NCBI GenBank assembly: GCA_963698055.1
Contig: OY969118.1
Location: 133,585-197,584 of the forward strand
DNA from: an uncultured Solirubrobacterales bacterium
GTDB lineage: Bacteria; Actinomycetota; Thermoleophilia; Solirubrobacterales; Solirubrobacteraceae
Direction of reading: 5' to 3'
DNA length: 64,000 nt
The notes beneath the pieces were generated by a model, which had not been told where the DNA came from, did no database searches, and saw nothing but the letters and a program-made list of their open reading frames with translations. The position numbers and the translations under genes were made by a program. This document shows positions 10,588-20,226 of the stretch, one piece after another (within the stretch, counting starts at the first letter, position 1; every line of letters starts with the position of its first letter).

Positions 10588-11684
10588 GGCAGGCGCACCT
10601 CGACGACCGTGCCCTCGCCGCGCGCACTGCGTACGCTCATGCTCCCGTCGAGCGCCTCCACGCGCGCGCGCAGCCCCGCCAGGCCGGCGCCCGCGGCATC
10701 GGCACCGCCGCGCCCGTCATCGCCGACGAGCACGATGAGCGCGCGCTGCTCGCCACGCATTACCACCCAGCTGTGCTGCGCCTGCGCGTGCTTGGCGGTG
10801 TTCGTGAGCGCCTCCGCGACGACGAAGTAGGCGGCGCTCTCGATTGCGGGGCCACACATGCGGTGCGTTTCGGCATCGACAGCGGTGCCGAGGCCATAAC
10901 GCGCCGCGAGCGACTCGACCGCCGCGACGAGTCCACGGTCAGCCAGCAGCGGCGGCACGATCCCGCGCGCGAGGTCGCGTAGCTCGGCGATCGCCAGGCG
11001 CGCCTCGCGCTTGGCATCCTGGATCAGACCCTGTAGCGCCGGCTGGTCTTGGGCGCGCAGCTCCGCCCGGCCGAGCTGCAGCGTCAGCGCCACGAGCCGC
11101 GCCTGCGCGCCGTCATGCAGGTCGCGCTCGATGCGCCTGAGCTCCGCGGCCTGCGCGTCGACTGCCTGACGGCGGGTGCGCGTCAGCAAATCGATCCGCG
11201 CTCGCAGCGCGCGTCGCCCACGGGCGACGAGCACGCGGTCCTGCAGCGCGATCAGCGAGTAGCCGCTGCCGGCTGTCGCCAGCCCAAGCAGCGCCCAGGC
11301 GGGCCAGAACTCGTGCACACCCGCGAGCAGCCAGGTGAGCAGCCAGGTGAAGACCAGGATAACCGCCGCCGCGCCCACCAGCGCCCATACACAGGCGACG
11401 CGACGCTCCGCCCCGCGCGGACGCCGCCAGGCCCAGTCGGCGCTGAGGTCGAGCAGCACGAGGTCGCCGAGGCCGAGCCAGGCCCACGCCGGCCACAGGT
11501 AGCCCTGCCCGTCGAGCGCCCAGATCGCGCCGAGCAGCACCGCCGCCAGGAACGCCAGGCGACGCAGCAGCGAACGCGCGTATTCGCCGATCGAGAGCCC
11601 CGCCGCGAGCGCGGGCATCCAGCGCCGGCGCTCGACGCCCGGCGCGATGCTCATCTCGAGCGAGAGCCGCGCACGCTGGTCCAT
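10578..11684 (-). CDS. Membrane sensor histidine kinase (HisKA_3)
   Basis: IERDLHDGAQ, EALTN and DDGRGG motifs; four TM segments; start estimated at ATG 11684. Confidence 0.88.
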   Translation of the reverse strand: MDQRARLSLEMSIAPGVERRRWMPALAAGLSIGEYARSLLRRLAFLAAVLLGAIWALDGQGYLWPAWAWLGLGDLVLLDLSADWAWRRPRGAERRVACVWALVGAAAVILVFTWLLTWLLAGVHEFWPAWALLGLATAGSGYSLIALQDRVLVARGRRALRARIDLLTRTRRQAVDAQAAELRRIERDLHDGAQARLVALTLQLGRAELRAQDQPALQGLIQDAKREARLAIAELRDLARGIVPPLLADRGLVAAVESLAARYGLGTAVDAETHRMCGPAIESAAYFVVAEALTNTAKHAQAQHSWVVMRGEQRALIVLVGDDGRGGADAAGAGLAGLRARVEALDGSMSVRSARGEGTVVEVRLPCG

Positions 11685-11722
11685 TGCGGCAATCCTCGCA
11701 CGCGCGAGCGCGCCCTGGGCGA

Positions 11723-12652
11723 TCAGCTCGCGTACGCCTTCCCGGCCAGGCGCTCGGGGGCGATCCGCTGCACGTCCCAGATGAGCCCGAGCCGCTCCAG
11801 CGCAGAGATCACGAGGCCTGACAAATCCAGCTCGCCGCGGCCCATGCCGTGATAGGCGGAGGTGGGAAAGGCGTGGTGGTTGTTGTGCCATGCCTCGCCG
11901 AAGGAGAGCGGCGCGAGCCAACGCAGGTTGCGCGACTCGTCCTCGGTCGCAAAGCGCCGGCGCCCGAAGAAGTGACACAGCGAGTTGATCGAGTAGGTCA
12001 CGTGGTGCAACACGAAGATCCTCACGACGCCGCCCCACAGCATCGCGTCGAGGCCCGCGCTGAGCGTTCCGCCGATCAGCACCCCGAGCCCAAAGGGCAG
12101 CGCCAGGCCTACGAGCGACCACAGCAGGAAGCTGCGATCGACGAAGTTGATCACCGGGTCAGCGAGCAGATCCGGCGCGAAGCGCTCGCGTGCGCCACGC
12201 TGGGAGTGGTCGAACAGCCAGCCAACGTGCGCGTGGGTCAGGCCACGCAGCGCGCCACGCCAACCGCCGCCGTGATCGACGTGGGGGCTGTGGGGGTCGC
12301 CGAGGCGGTCCGTGTAGACGTGGTGCTTGCGATGGTCAGCCACCCAGGAGATCACAGGACCCTCGACCGACATCGTGCCGAGCACCGCCAAGAGGCCACG
12401 CAGCCACGGCGAGGTCTTGAAGGCGCGATGTGTGAGCAGGCGGTGAAAGCCAACCGTGACGCCAAGCCCGACCGGCACGTAGAGCACCGCGAGGATCACC
12501 AGATCGCGCCAATGCAGCTCACGGTTCCACAACTGCCAGCCTGCGATCACCAGCAGCAGCGGCGGCAAACCCGTAATCAGCGCCGTTACCGCCCGGTCGA
12601 GGTTCTCCAGCACCGGAACCTGAATCTCCTCGGGCGTTGGGCCTGCGCTCAT
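11723..12652 (-). CDS. Acyl-CoA delta-9-type fatty acid desaturase
   Basis: His boxes HRLLTH, HRKHH and HNNHH; DPHSP motif. Confidence 0.92.
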   Translation of the reverse strand: MSAGPTPEEIQVPVLENLDRAVTALITGLPPLLLVIAGWQLWNRELHWRDLVILAVLYVPVGLGVTVGFHRLLTHRAFKTSPWLRGLLAVLGTMSVEGPVISWVADHRKHHVYTDRLGDPHSPHVDHGGGWRGALRGLTHAHVGWLFDHSQRGARERFAPDLLADPVINFVDRSFLLWSLVGLALPFGLGVLIGGTLSAGLDAMLWGGVVRIFVLHHVTYSINSLCHFFGRRRFATEDESRNLRWLAPLSFGEAWHNNHHAFPTSAYHGMGRGELDLSGLVISALERLGLIWDVQRIAPERLAGKAYAS

Positions 12653-12735
12653 CGTTTTTCATGCTGAGCGCCACGGGTGTAGATGTCGATGCGGGCGACC
12701 ACCGAGCGAGCAGGGACGGGCCCCCGTTGCAGGGT

Positions 12736-12747
12736 GGGGTTAACCCC
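12736..12747. promoter_or_regulatory. Palindrome GGGGTTAACCCC, candidate response-regulator box
   Basis: Perfect 12-bp palindrome about 85 bp upstream of the desaturase-kinase-regulator unit. Confidence 0.45.
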
Positions 12748-12768
12748 CTTTGGCTGCTGGAAACGCGA

Positions 12769-13284
12769 TTACGGACACCCGCTTGCCAGCGTGCCGTCGG
12801 GCACAAGCCAGTGATGTCGTAGGCCACTAACTCGTGCCAGCCGCTCGTAGTCACGGTCATAGTGGATAAGCGGCACATCCGCTCGCTCTGCCGCCGCGCC
12901 TATCAGGAGGTCGACGGGCGGGACACGGCGATGGTCTCCGTAAGCCGACAGCAAGGTCTGCAACTCACGTGCACGCTGCCAAAGCTCTGCACCCATCGCG
13001 ACAGACTCGAACGCTCCCAGGCGCCCGGCGACCTCCTGTGCGCGTGTCTGGTTGGGTGTCAATCGAATGAGCTCCAAGACAACCACGTCGCATACGAGGA
13101 CGAAGCCGTTGGCGACCTGCGCGTTGAACCACGATGTGAGCTCAGGAAAGCGACGATCGCGAGCCCATGTCCAGACGCCCGTGTCGAATAGAGCAGGCCG
13201 ATCGAGCGAGACGGGCTCGAGCTCAGTCTTGGTGCTCAGCGTCCCGATCCCGCCGGTTGGCCTCAACCTCGGTGGGGGTGCCAT
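12769..13284 (-). CDS. vapC: PIN-domain VapC toxin (true start probably near 13240)
   Basis: LFDTG, VVLEL, VDLLIGAAA and HYDRDY acidic PIN residues; directly follows the antitoxin. Confidence 0.85.
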   Translation of the reverse strand: MAPPPRLRPTGGIGTLSTKTELEPVSLDRPALFDTGVWTWARDRRFPELTSWFNAQVANGFVLVCDVVVLELIRLTPNQTRAQEVAGRLGAFESVAMGAELWQRARELQTLLSAYGDHRRVPPVDLLIGAAAERADVPLIHYDRDYERLARVSGLRHHWLVPDGTLASGCP

Positions 13285-13438
13285 CGATGTCGCGGAGCAC
13301 GTCGAAGCTCGCCAGCGCCCGCCGCCGTCCCACCTCGCGCAACGCCGCGTTGACCGTCGCGCTCACACCCTTTGTACCCAGCTCCACACGTGCTGCCTCA
13401 AGTGCTCCAGGATCAACATCAACAGTGGTGCGTGACAT
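13223..13438 (-). CDS. vapB: VapB antitoxin
   Basis: MSRTTVDVD...ELGTKGVSATVNAALREV matches the VapB RHH pattern; TATAGT 7 nt upstream. Confidence 0.85.
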   Translation of the reverse strand: MSRTTVDVDPGALEAARVELGTKGVSATVNAALREVGRRRALASFDVLRDIDGTPTEVEANRRDRDAEHQD

Positions 13439-13572
13439 AGGCATCACTATAAACCATCACGAGGCGTGCCTCGCCCACGCATCGGCGCAGAAGTAGCGGT
13501 CGTGACCTTCGCTCGTCCCTTTCCCATGCGGCTGAGCGCTAGTGTGCAGCTCAGAATGACCGCGAGCAGACC

Positions 13573-14481
13573 GTGAGCTACGCCGAGGAGCTCGAGCTCC
13601 GCGAGATCCTCCTCCACGGCCACCGCCTCGCCTACCGCCAGGCGGGCGAGGACGGTCCCGTGCTGGTGCTGATCCACGGCATCACCTCCGACTCGAGCAC
13701 CTGGCGGCGCGTGATGCCCTACCTCGCGCGACGTTTCAACGTGATCGCGCCCGACCTGATCGGCCACGGTGGCTCGGCCAAGCCCAAGGGCGACTACTCG
13801 CTCGGCGCGCACGCGAGCGTCGTGCGTGATCTGCTCGTCGCGCTCGGCCATGATCGCGCGAGCTTCGTCGGGCATTCGCTCGGCGGCGGTATCGCGATGC
13901 AGCTCTCCTACCAGTTCCCCGAGCGCTGCGAGCGCCTCGCGCTGATCGACAGCGGCGGCCTCGGCCGCGACGTCAGCCTGCTGCTGCGCGCCGCGACGCT
14001 GCCGGGCTCAGAGCTGGTGTTGCCGCTGCTCGCCGCGACACGCCTGCTCAGCGCCGGACGGATCGCCGGCGGCCTGCTCGGGCGTCTCGGCCTGCGTGCC
14101 GGCACTGACATCGAGGAGATCGCACGCGGGCACGCCACGCTCGCCGACGCCGAGACGCGCTCGGCCTTCGTGCAGACGCTGCGCTCGGTCGTCGAGCCCG
14201 GCGGCCAGCGCGTCAACGCGGCCAATCGCCTGTATCTGGCCGAGCAGATCCCACTGCTGCTGCTGTGGGGCGAGCACGACTCGCTGATTCCGGTGCGCCA
14301 CGGGCGCGAGACCCACGCGCTGCTCCCAGGCGCTCGTCTTGAGGTGTTTGCGTCCTCGGGGCACTTTCCCCACCTCGACGAGCCGGAGCGCTTTATCGAT
14401 GTGCTCGGCGACTTCATCGACTCGACCGAGCCCGCCGCGCTCGACGCCGAGGGCTGGCGCGAGCTGCTGAAGGCAGGCTGA
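13573..14481 (+). CDS. Alpha/beta fold hydrolase
   Basis: LIHG, GHSLGG nucleophile elbow, WGEHD and GHFPH. Confidence 0.92.
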   Translation: MSYAEELELREILLHGHRLAYRQAGEDGPVLVLIHGITSDSSTWRRVMPYLARRFNVIAPDLIGHGGSAKPKGDYSLGAHASVVRDLLVALGHDRASFVGHSLGGGIAMQLSYQFPERCERLALIDSGGLGRDVSLLLRAATLPGSELVLPLLAATRLLSAGRIAGGLLGRLGLRAGTDIEEIARGHATLADAETRSAFVQTLRSVVEPGGQRVNAANRLYLAEQIPLLLLWGEHDSLIPVRHGRETHALLPGARLEVFASSGHFPHLDEPERFIDVLGDFIDSTEPAALDAEGWRELLKAG

Positions 14482-14504
14482 GAGCTACAGCTAAGCCGAC
14501 GCCC

Positions 14505-15497
14505 TCAGATGGGGCGTACGTCGAGCACGATCTTGCCCGTCGCGCGGCGCTCGTCGAGCGCGTGCAGGGCATCGGCGGCGCGCTCCATCGGGAAGCGCTC
14601 GCCGACGATCGGCTTGATAAAGCCCCGCTCGATCATTCCCGCGATCGCCTCGCCGATCTCGACGTTCAGCTGTGGCTTGCCCATCACGTAGGCACCCCAG
14701 CCTGCCCCGATTACCTCGGTGTTCTTCAACAGCAGCCGGTTGACCTTGACCTCGGGGATCGAGCCGCCAGTGAAGCCCACGACGATCAGCCGGCCGTTCT
14801 CGCGCAACGAGCGCAAGCTGTCGGTGAAGCGATCGCCACCGACCGGATCGAGCACAACGTCCACGCCGCCGCCGGAGAGCTCTTTGACCTCGTCCTTCCA
14901 GCTCTCGCCGAGCAGCACGACCTGGTCGGCCCCGGCCGCTTCGGCGACCTGCTTCTTGGCCTCGCTTGAGACCAGCGCGATCGTGCTCGCGCCGAGTGCC
15001 TTTGCGACCTGCAGTGAGGCGGTCCCAACCCCGCCCGCGGCGCCGTGCACGAGCACGCTCTCGCCCTCCTTCAGGCGCCCGCGCAGGGCGAGCGAGAAGT
15101 AGGCCGTGTGATAGTTGAGGATCAGCCCCGCGCCCTGCGCGAAGTCCATCGCGTCGGGCAACTTAAAGGTGAAGAAGGCGGGCGCCACAGCAGTCTCGGC
15201 GAAGCCTCCCAGCGCGCAGAAGGCCGCCACACGATCGCCCACCGCGACCGCCGCGCCGGCGGGCGCGCTCTGCACGATGCCCGCGACCTCGCTGCCCGGC
15301 ACGAACGGCAGCGGCGGTTTCATCTGGTACTGCCCGCGCGTCTGCAAGAGCTCCGGGAAGGACACTCCCGCGGTGTGCACCTCCACGAGCACGCCCTCGC
15401 CGGGCGTGAGCATGTGCGATGCCTCGGGCTCCGGCAGCTCGACGATCGCAAGCGCGCTGTCCGGGCCTGACTCCTCGACTATCTGGATGGCTCTCAT
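14505..15497 (-). CDS. NADPH:quinone oxidoreductase (MDR family)
   Basis: PFVPGSEVAG, HGAAGGVG and RRATGKIVL motifs. Confidence 0.9.
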   Translation of the reverse strand: MRAIQIVEESGPDSALAIVELPEPEASHMLTPGEGVLVEVHTAGVSFPELLQTRGQYQMKPPLPFVPGSEVAGIVQSAPAGAAVAVGDRVAAFCALGGFAETAVAPAFFTFKLPDAMDFAQGAGLILNYHTAYFSLALRGRLKEGESVLVHGAAGGVGTASLQVAKALGASTIALVSSEAKKQVAEAAGADQVVLLGESWKDEVKELSGGGVDVVLDPVGGDRFTDSLRSLRENGRLIVVGFTGGSIPEVKVNRLLLKNTEVIGAGWGAYVMGKPQLNVEIGEAIAGMIERGFIKPIVGERFPMERAADALHALDERRATGKIVLDVRPI

Positions 15498-15516
15498 TCG
15501 CGTGATTATGTCCGAG

Positions 15517-16155
15517 TCACGGTCGCCGGGCGATGCCGAGGATGTGCGCCGCCGGCGGAACGTGCTTTGCGGGCGCGAAAGCGAAGCGACGGCAGCTCTC
15601 CAGCGCGAAGCCCGCGCGCTCAATCGCCGCGGCGGTGTCGCGCCCGAGATGGCAGCCGCCCGCGATCCGCGGCCAGAAGGTCGCATCGGCCAGGTCCTGC
15701 ACGCGCGCTTCGCCGGGCTTACGCGCGCGCACGTGCTCGTAGAAGCGCAGCTCGCCGCCCGGGCGGATCACGCGCAAGAGCTCAGCGAGCGCGCGTGGCT
15801 GGTCGGGGACGGTGCACAACACGAGCGAGGCCACGGCGACGTCGAACTCAGCGTCGGCGAAGGGCAGCCGCGAGGCGTTGCCCTCGCGCACCGAAATGGG
15901 CACAGGGGCGCTGGCCGCGGCGCGCAGCGCCTGCTCGCGCAGGTGGGGCTCCGGCTCGAGCGCGATTACCTCGCCGACCGTCGACGGGTAGTGCTCGAAG
16001 CTCGCCCCCGCCCCGGCTCCGACCTCAAGCACGCGCCCGCTCGCGCCCGCGAGCAGCTCGCGCCGGTGCTCGGCCGCGCCGCGCGCATCGGCGGCGCGTG
16101 CCAAGCGCGTGTAGAGGCGCGCGAAAATCGGGTGGCGTACCTCCTCGCGCCGCAT
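15517..16155 (-). CDS. Class I SAM-dependent methyltransferase
   Basis: VLEVGAGAG, LVLCTV and EHV...GGCHL motifs. Confidence 0.88.
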   Translation of the reverse strand: MRREEVRHPIFARLYTRLARAADARGAAEHRRELLAGASGRVLEVGAGAGASFEHYPSTVGEVIALEPEPHLREQALRAAASAPVPISVREGNASRLPFADAEFDVAVASLVLCTVPDQPRALAELLRVIRPGGELRFYEHVRARKPGEARVQDLADATFWPRIAGGCHLGRDTAAAIERAGFALESCRRFAFAPAKHVPPAAHILGIARRP

Positions 16156-17084
16156 CAGTCGACCCGCAGCACGGCCTTGCCGGCGATGCGTCGCTCGAGC
16201 AGCGCATCGATCGCGCCCGCGGCCTCGCGCCAGGATGTCTCACGGTCGATCGAGCAGTCCAAGCTCCCCGCCGCGACGAGCTCGAGCAGGCGCCCCAGGT
16301 CGCGTGTGCCCGTGCGCTCGCGCTGCAGCTGCGCGAACAGGAACAGGCCGTGCAGGCGTGCACCGGGCGCGCGGCCGAAGAACGCACGCGTGGGGAACTG
16401 CACCGCCGAAGTGTCGCTGGAGGCGAAGCAGACGATCGCGCCGAAAGATGCCACGCGTTGGATCGCCGCCGCGAGGCTCGCGCCACCGACACCCTCGACG
16501 ATCGCGTCGAACTCCTCGCCCTCGCCCTCAAGCTCGGAGATCACCTGATCGGCGCCCAGCTCGCGCAGGCCGCGCGCCCGCTCGGGGCTGGCAGAGACGC
16601 CGGTGACGTGCGCGCCTGCGAGCTTCGCGAGCTGGATCGCAAAGCGCCCCACGCCGCCGCTGGCGCCCGTCACGAGCACGCGGCGCGAGAGCACCGGCCC
16701 GATGATGTCGAGCGCCTTCAGGGCGGTCAGCCCAGCGACCGGCAGCGTTGCCGCTTGCGCATCGCTGACGGCTGCGGGCAGCGGCGCAAGCGTGTGCGTG
16801 TCGAGCGCCACCAGCTCCGCCCAGGCGCCGCGCGGGCTGAGGCCGACGACGCGCGTGCCCTGGGCGGGGCCACTACCGTCGGCGGCCGGCTGCTCGACGA
16901 CGCCCGCCGCATCCCATCCGGTCAGCTCGCCGTCCTGCATGTCCGCGAGGCGGCGGCTCTCGCCGCGGTTCAGCGAAAAGGCGCCGACGCGCACGAGCGC
17001 CTGACCCGACAGTGGACTCGGCGCCGGCACCTCACGCAGCGCGACATCGCCCGGCGCTCCCGGCGAGGCTGTGAGGGCGAGCAT
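16155..17084 (-). CDS. MDR/zinc-binding dehydrogenase family oxidoreductase
   Basis: [20 protein letters not shown] and GKAVL motifs. Confidence 0.88.
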   Translation of the reverse strand: MLALTASPGAPGDVALREVPAPSPLSGQALVRVGAFSLNRGESRRLADMQDGELTGWDAAGVVEQPAADGSGPAQGTRVVGLSPRGAWAELVALDTHTLAPLPAAVSDAQAATLPVAGLTALKALDIIGPVLSRRVLVTGASGGVGRFAIQLAKLAGAHVTGVSASPERARGLRELGADQVISELEGEGEEFDAIVEGVGGASLAAAIQRVASFGAIVCFASSDTSAVQFPTRAFFGRAPGARLHGLFLFAQLQRERTGTRDLGRLLELVAAGSLDCSIDRETSWREAAGAIDALLERRIAGKAVLRVD

Positions 17085-17094
17085 GCAGGCGATG

Positions 17095-17502
17095 CTAGCT
17101 GTCAGCGAAGCGCGCGACCGTGAAAGCGATCAGCACGGGGACGTGCACCGCGAACACGACCAGCGAGAGCGTCAGCACGACGAGCGGGCCGCCGCTGAGG
17201 TGGTTGCGCAGAAACGCGTACTCGATCATCCCCGCGATGATCAGATAGGCCACGAACGCCCACCGCGCGATCTCAAAGAAACGCGCCCAGGCAAAGCCCT
17301 TGACGCGCGCGAGCGAGGCGAGGTTGCCGGCCAGCAGCACGGCGGAAGCGCACAGCAACACGACCGCGGGAAGCAGCGAGACATGCTCGGGGATGTGCGA
17401 GGAGAGGTAGATCCCGCCCGCCACGATCAGCGCCAGCGAGAGCATCCCCACCTGCGTCACCGGCGGTAGGCGGACGGCGTCGGCCTGGTCGCGTTCGCTC
17501 AT
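17095..17502 (-). CDS. Hypothetical 4-TM membrane protein
   Basis: Four hydrophobic segments; 4-bp overlap with the upstream gene. Confidence 0.7.
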   Translation of the reverse strand: MSERDQADAVRLPPVTQVGMLSLALIVAGGIYLSSHIPEHVSLLPAVVLLCASAVLLAGNLASLARVKGFAWARFFEIARWAFVAYLIIAGMIEYAFLRNHLSGGPLVVLTLSLVVFAVHVPVLIAFTVARFADS

Positions 17503-18113
17503 CCGGCTGCGAGCTTCGTCATGATCACGAACGTCGCCACTTGCATCAGCCCGGTCGCCCCGGCGGTGTAGATGAAGCGTTTCATCAGCCGCTCGATCAC
17601 CTCCGGGTTCGGGCGCGGCTTCTTCATCTCAACGAGCACCGCGATGTTCGCCGGCTCGAGCAGGCCGAGCGCGATCACCGCCATGATGCCCACGACGATG
17701 TAGCTGGCAACGATCCAGCCGTGCAGCGCGTAGTTCGAGTGGGTGTTGCCGAGCTTCGTCGCGAGCTGCCAGCCGGCGGCGAGCGTGACCGTCACGACCG
17801 TCGGCATGATCAGCACCATCTTCGGCATCAGCCGCGTCGTGAACTCGACGCGTGCGGGGATCGACATGCGGCCGATGATCGGCCCGAGCACGAAGCCGAG
17901 GAACAGGTCGATCACCGTCCACGCCGCGCCGCCGACAACGTGCAGGAAGGTCAGCGGCCACTCTTCGTTGACCGCGATGCCGACGATCGTCAGCGCAAGG
18001 ACGAGCGCGACGATCGGCAGTCCCGCGCGTGGCACGATCTGGAAATCAGCCAGCTCGCGATCCGCGGGAGCTGCGTCTCCCTGCATCCCGGGCGCTGACA
18101 CGGCGTGTGCCAT
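17499..18113 (-). CDS. Hypothetical 5-TM membrane protein
   Basis: Strong coding-style codon bias; intramembrane His (FLHVVGG); TAGGTT 6 nt upstream. Confidence 0.72.
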   Translation of the reverse strand: MAHAVSAPGMQGDAAPADRELADFQIVPRAGLPIVALVLALTIVGIAVNEEWPLTFLHVVGGAAWTVIDLFLGFVLGPIIGRMSIPARVEFTTRLMPKMVLIMPTVVTVTLAAGWQLATKLGNTHSNYALHGWIVASYIVVGIMAVIALGLLEPANIAVLVEMKKPRPNPEVIERLMKRFIYTAGATGLMQVATFVIMTKLAAG

Positions 18114-18122
18114 GGCGGAAAC

Positions 18123-18467
18123 CTAGCGTGCGGGAGGGCGGAAAGCCAGACCCGCCGCGCGCTCCGGCTCGCGCGCGTCGGCGCGCACCCAGACGAGCGT
18201 GCCGGCGAGAGCCGAGACCAGCAAAACCGAGGGCCACGCGCCGATCTGCGGGGCGAGCACGTGGGAGGCGATGAACGCGACGAGGCCGGCGCCCGTGAGC
18301 GTGACCGCCGTGCGCGAGTCGTGGCGCGTGCTCCAGGCACGCGCGCACCAGCCCCCGCCGATCAGCAGCACGACGCCGCCAAGTGGACGCGAGCCGCTGG
18401 CAACGGCGACGGCGTAGCCGGCGATCAGCGTGCCGGCGGCGACAGGTGCGGTGGGAACGCGGGGCAC
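18123..18467 (-). CDS. Small membrane protein
   Basis: Four short hydrophobic segments; TAGGCT 7 nt before GTG 18467. Confidence 0.6.
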   Translation of the reverse strand: MPRVPTAPVAAGTLIAGYAVAVASGSRPLGGVVLLIGGGWCARAWSTRHDSRTAVTLTGAGLVAFIASHVLAPQIGAWPSVLLVSALAGTLVWVRADAREPERAAGLAFRPPAR

Positions 18468-18500
18468 GCCACGCAGCCTAGATGATTGATTCACGATCAT

Positions 18501-19175
18501 CTAACGGGCGATCAGCCCGCGCTCGAGCGCATAGCCGACGAGCTCCGCGCGCGAGGAGAGGCTCAGCTTCTGCTGGATGTGCGAGCGATGCGTCTCGACC
18601 GTGCGCACCGACAGGAACAGCTGCCCGGCGATCTCTGCGTTCGTGTATCCGAGCGCGATCAGGCGCAGCACGTCGACCTCGCGCTCGGAGAGGTCGTCGG
18701 GCGGACCGGGCGGCGGCTCGGAGGCGATGCGCGCACCCAGCCCGGGGTTCAGGTAGCTCTCACCGCTGGCCGCGCGGCGCACAGCCTCGACGAGCTCCTC
18801 GTCGGCGGCCTCCTTGAGCACGTAGCCGAGCGCGCCTGCGCCGAGCGCCTCGCGCGCGAAGGCCGGCTCCTGCTGCATCGTCAAGATCACGATCTGGGTA
18901 TCCGGCGACTCCTTGCGAATCACCGGGATCGCCGCGAGGCTCGAGCCGCCCGGCATGTTCAAATCGAGCACGAGCACGTGCGGGTGATGGCCGCGCACGT
19001 AGCGCGCTGCGCCGTCGATGTCGCTGGCCTCGGCGACCACTTCGAAGCCTTCCTCGCTGTCGAGCAGCATGCGCAAGCCGCTACGCACTACGGCGTGATC
19101 GTCGGCGAGCACGATGCGGATCAGGGGAGCCACGAGCGCATCGTTGTCCTTACCTTCGGAATTTCTCTCGCTCAC
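18501..19175 (-). CDS. NarL/NreC-type response regulator
   Basis: LADDHAVVR, VLDLNMP, YVLK and TVETHRSHI motifs. Confidence 0.92.
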   Translation of the reverse strand: MSERNSEGKDNDALVAPLIRIVLADDHAVVRSGLRMLLDSEEGFEVVAEASDIDGAARYVRGHHPHVLVLDLNMPGGSSLAAIPVIRKESPDTQIVILTMQQEPAFAREALGAGALGYVLKEAADEELVEAVRRAASGESYLNPGLGARIASEPPPGPPDDLSEREVDVLRLIALGYTNAEIAGQLFLSVRTVETHRSHIQQKLSLSSRAELVGYALERGLIAR

Positions 19176-19197
19176 CCGATTTAAGGTAGCGCTGCGC

Positions 19198-20094
19198 TCA
19201 GGCCGGCGTCGGGACCTCCACGCGGTCGGAGAGCGCCTCGGCGCCGTCGGCGACACCCGCTGCCGAGCGCGGCAGCACGAGCAGCGCACAACGCGCGTGA
19301 CGCTCAAGGAAATCGGAGGTGCTCCCCAGCACGAGGCGACGCAGCGGGCCATAGCTGCGCGAGCCGACGACGAGCACGTCCACCTCGTCGCTGAACGCCG
19401 CGAGCTCCTCACCTGTGAGCCCATAGACCGCGCGAGCATCGACGTCTGCAAGCTCGCTCAGGCGAGCGTTGGCCGCTCGGATCATCGCGTCGATCCCCTC
19501 GCCGAGTGCGGCCGGCATGATGCCGGTGTAGGCATAGGAAGGAATCGAGACGACCTCGAGAACCTTGACGCTCGCGCGCGTCGGCGCCGCGATACTGCGC
19601 GCCGCCTGGAGCGCATTCTTGCTCTCGGGGGTGTCGTTGTAGCCGACCCCGACCTTGGCGATCGGCGTCGGGTGCTCGGCGTCCCCCCGCGCAGCGATCG
19701 CCACCGCACAGGGTGCGCCGTTGAGAGCCGCGCGTGTGTCGTCGCCGAGCATCGCGCGGCCGAACAGGCCGCGCGAGCAGGAGCCCACAACCAGTAGATC
19801 GGCTCGCTGCTCCTCGGCCTGGCGGTGTAGGCCCGCGCCGGGAGAGGCCGCGACGATGCTGAGCAGCTGCGCGTCGAGCCCAAAACCGTCGCGCTCACGC
19901 TGCACGAGCCGCTCCGAGGCGTCGCGCTCCTCGGCCAGCAGGCCCGGCGTGATCGCGTGCAGCGGGTGCAGCTCCCCGGGACGCACATGGGCCAGCGTCA
20001 ATCTTCCATCCGGCTCCATCAGGCGCGCCGCGAGGGCCACCGCGTCACGGGCGTTCTCGCTGCCGTCGATTCCCACAAGCACGTTCTTGAACAT
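19198..20094 (-). CDS. Universal stress protein (two Usp domains)
   Basis: MFKNVLVGIDGS, LLVVGS..RG and VVGSRSYGP..LGSTS motifs; AAGGAG RBS. Confidence 0.92.
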   Translation of the reverse strand: MFKNVLVGIDGSENARDAVALAARLMEPDGRLTLAHVRPGELHPLHAITPGLLAEERDASERLVQRERDGFGLDAQLLSIVAASPGAGLHRQAEEQRADLLVVGSCSRGLFGRAMLGDDTRAALNGAPCAVAIAARGDAEHPTPIAKVGVGYNDTPESKNALQAARSIAAPTRASVKVLEVVSIPSYAYTGIMPAALGEGIDAMIRAANARLSELADVDARAVYGLTGEELAAFSDEVDVLVVGSRSYGPLRRLVLGSTSDFLERHARCALLVLPRSAAGVADGAEALSDRVEVPTPA

Positions 20095-20174
20095 CTCGTC
20101 TCTCCTTTGGATCGCTGAGGGCGATGCTAAGTCGCGAGGCGCGCTCACACCTCCGGGCTAGGCACCCGCGCGCC

Positions 20175-20190
20175 TGCGGACTTCTACGGA
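20175..20190. promoter_or_regulatory. Candidate NarL/NreC-type operator TGCGGA-N4-TACGGA
   Basis: Imperfect 6-4-6 inverted repeat between divergent usp and ftsH; related copies at 26044, 28624, 28920 and 28943. Confidence 0.45.
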
Positions 20191-20226
20191 CATGGCGCTC
20201 GGCCGCGGAGCCCGTAGCATGAGCTC

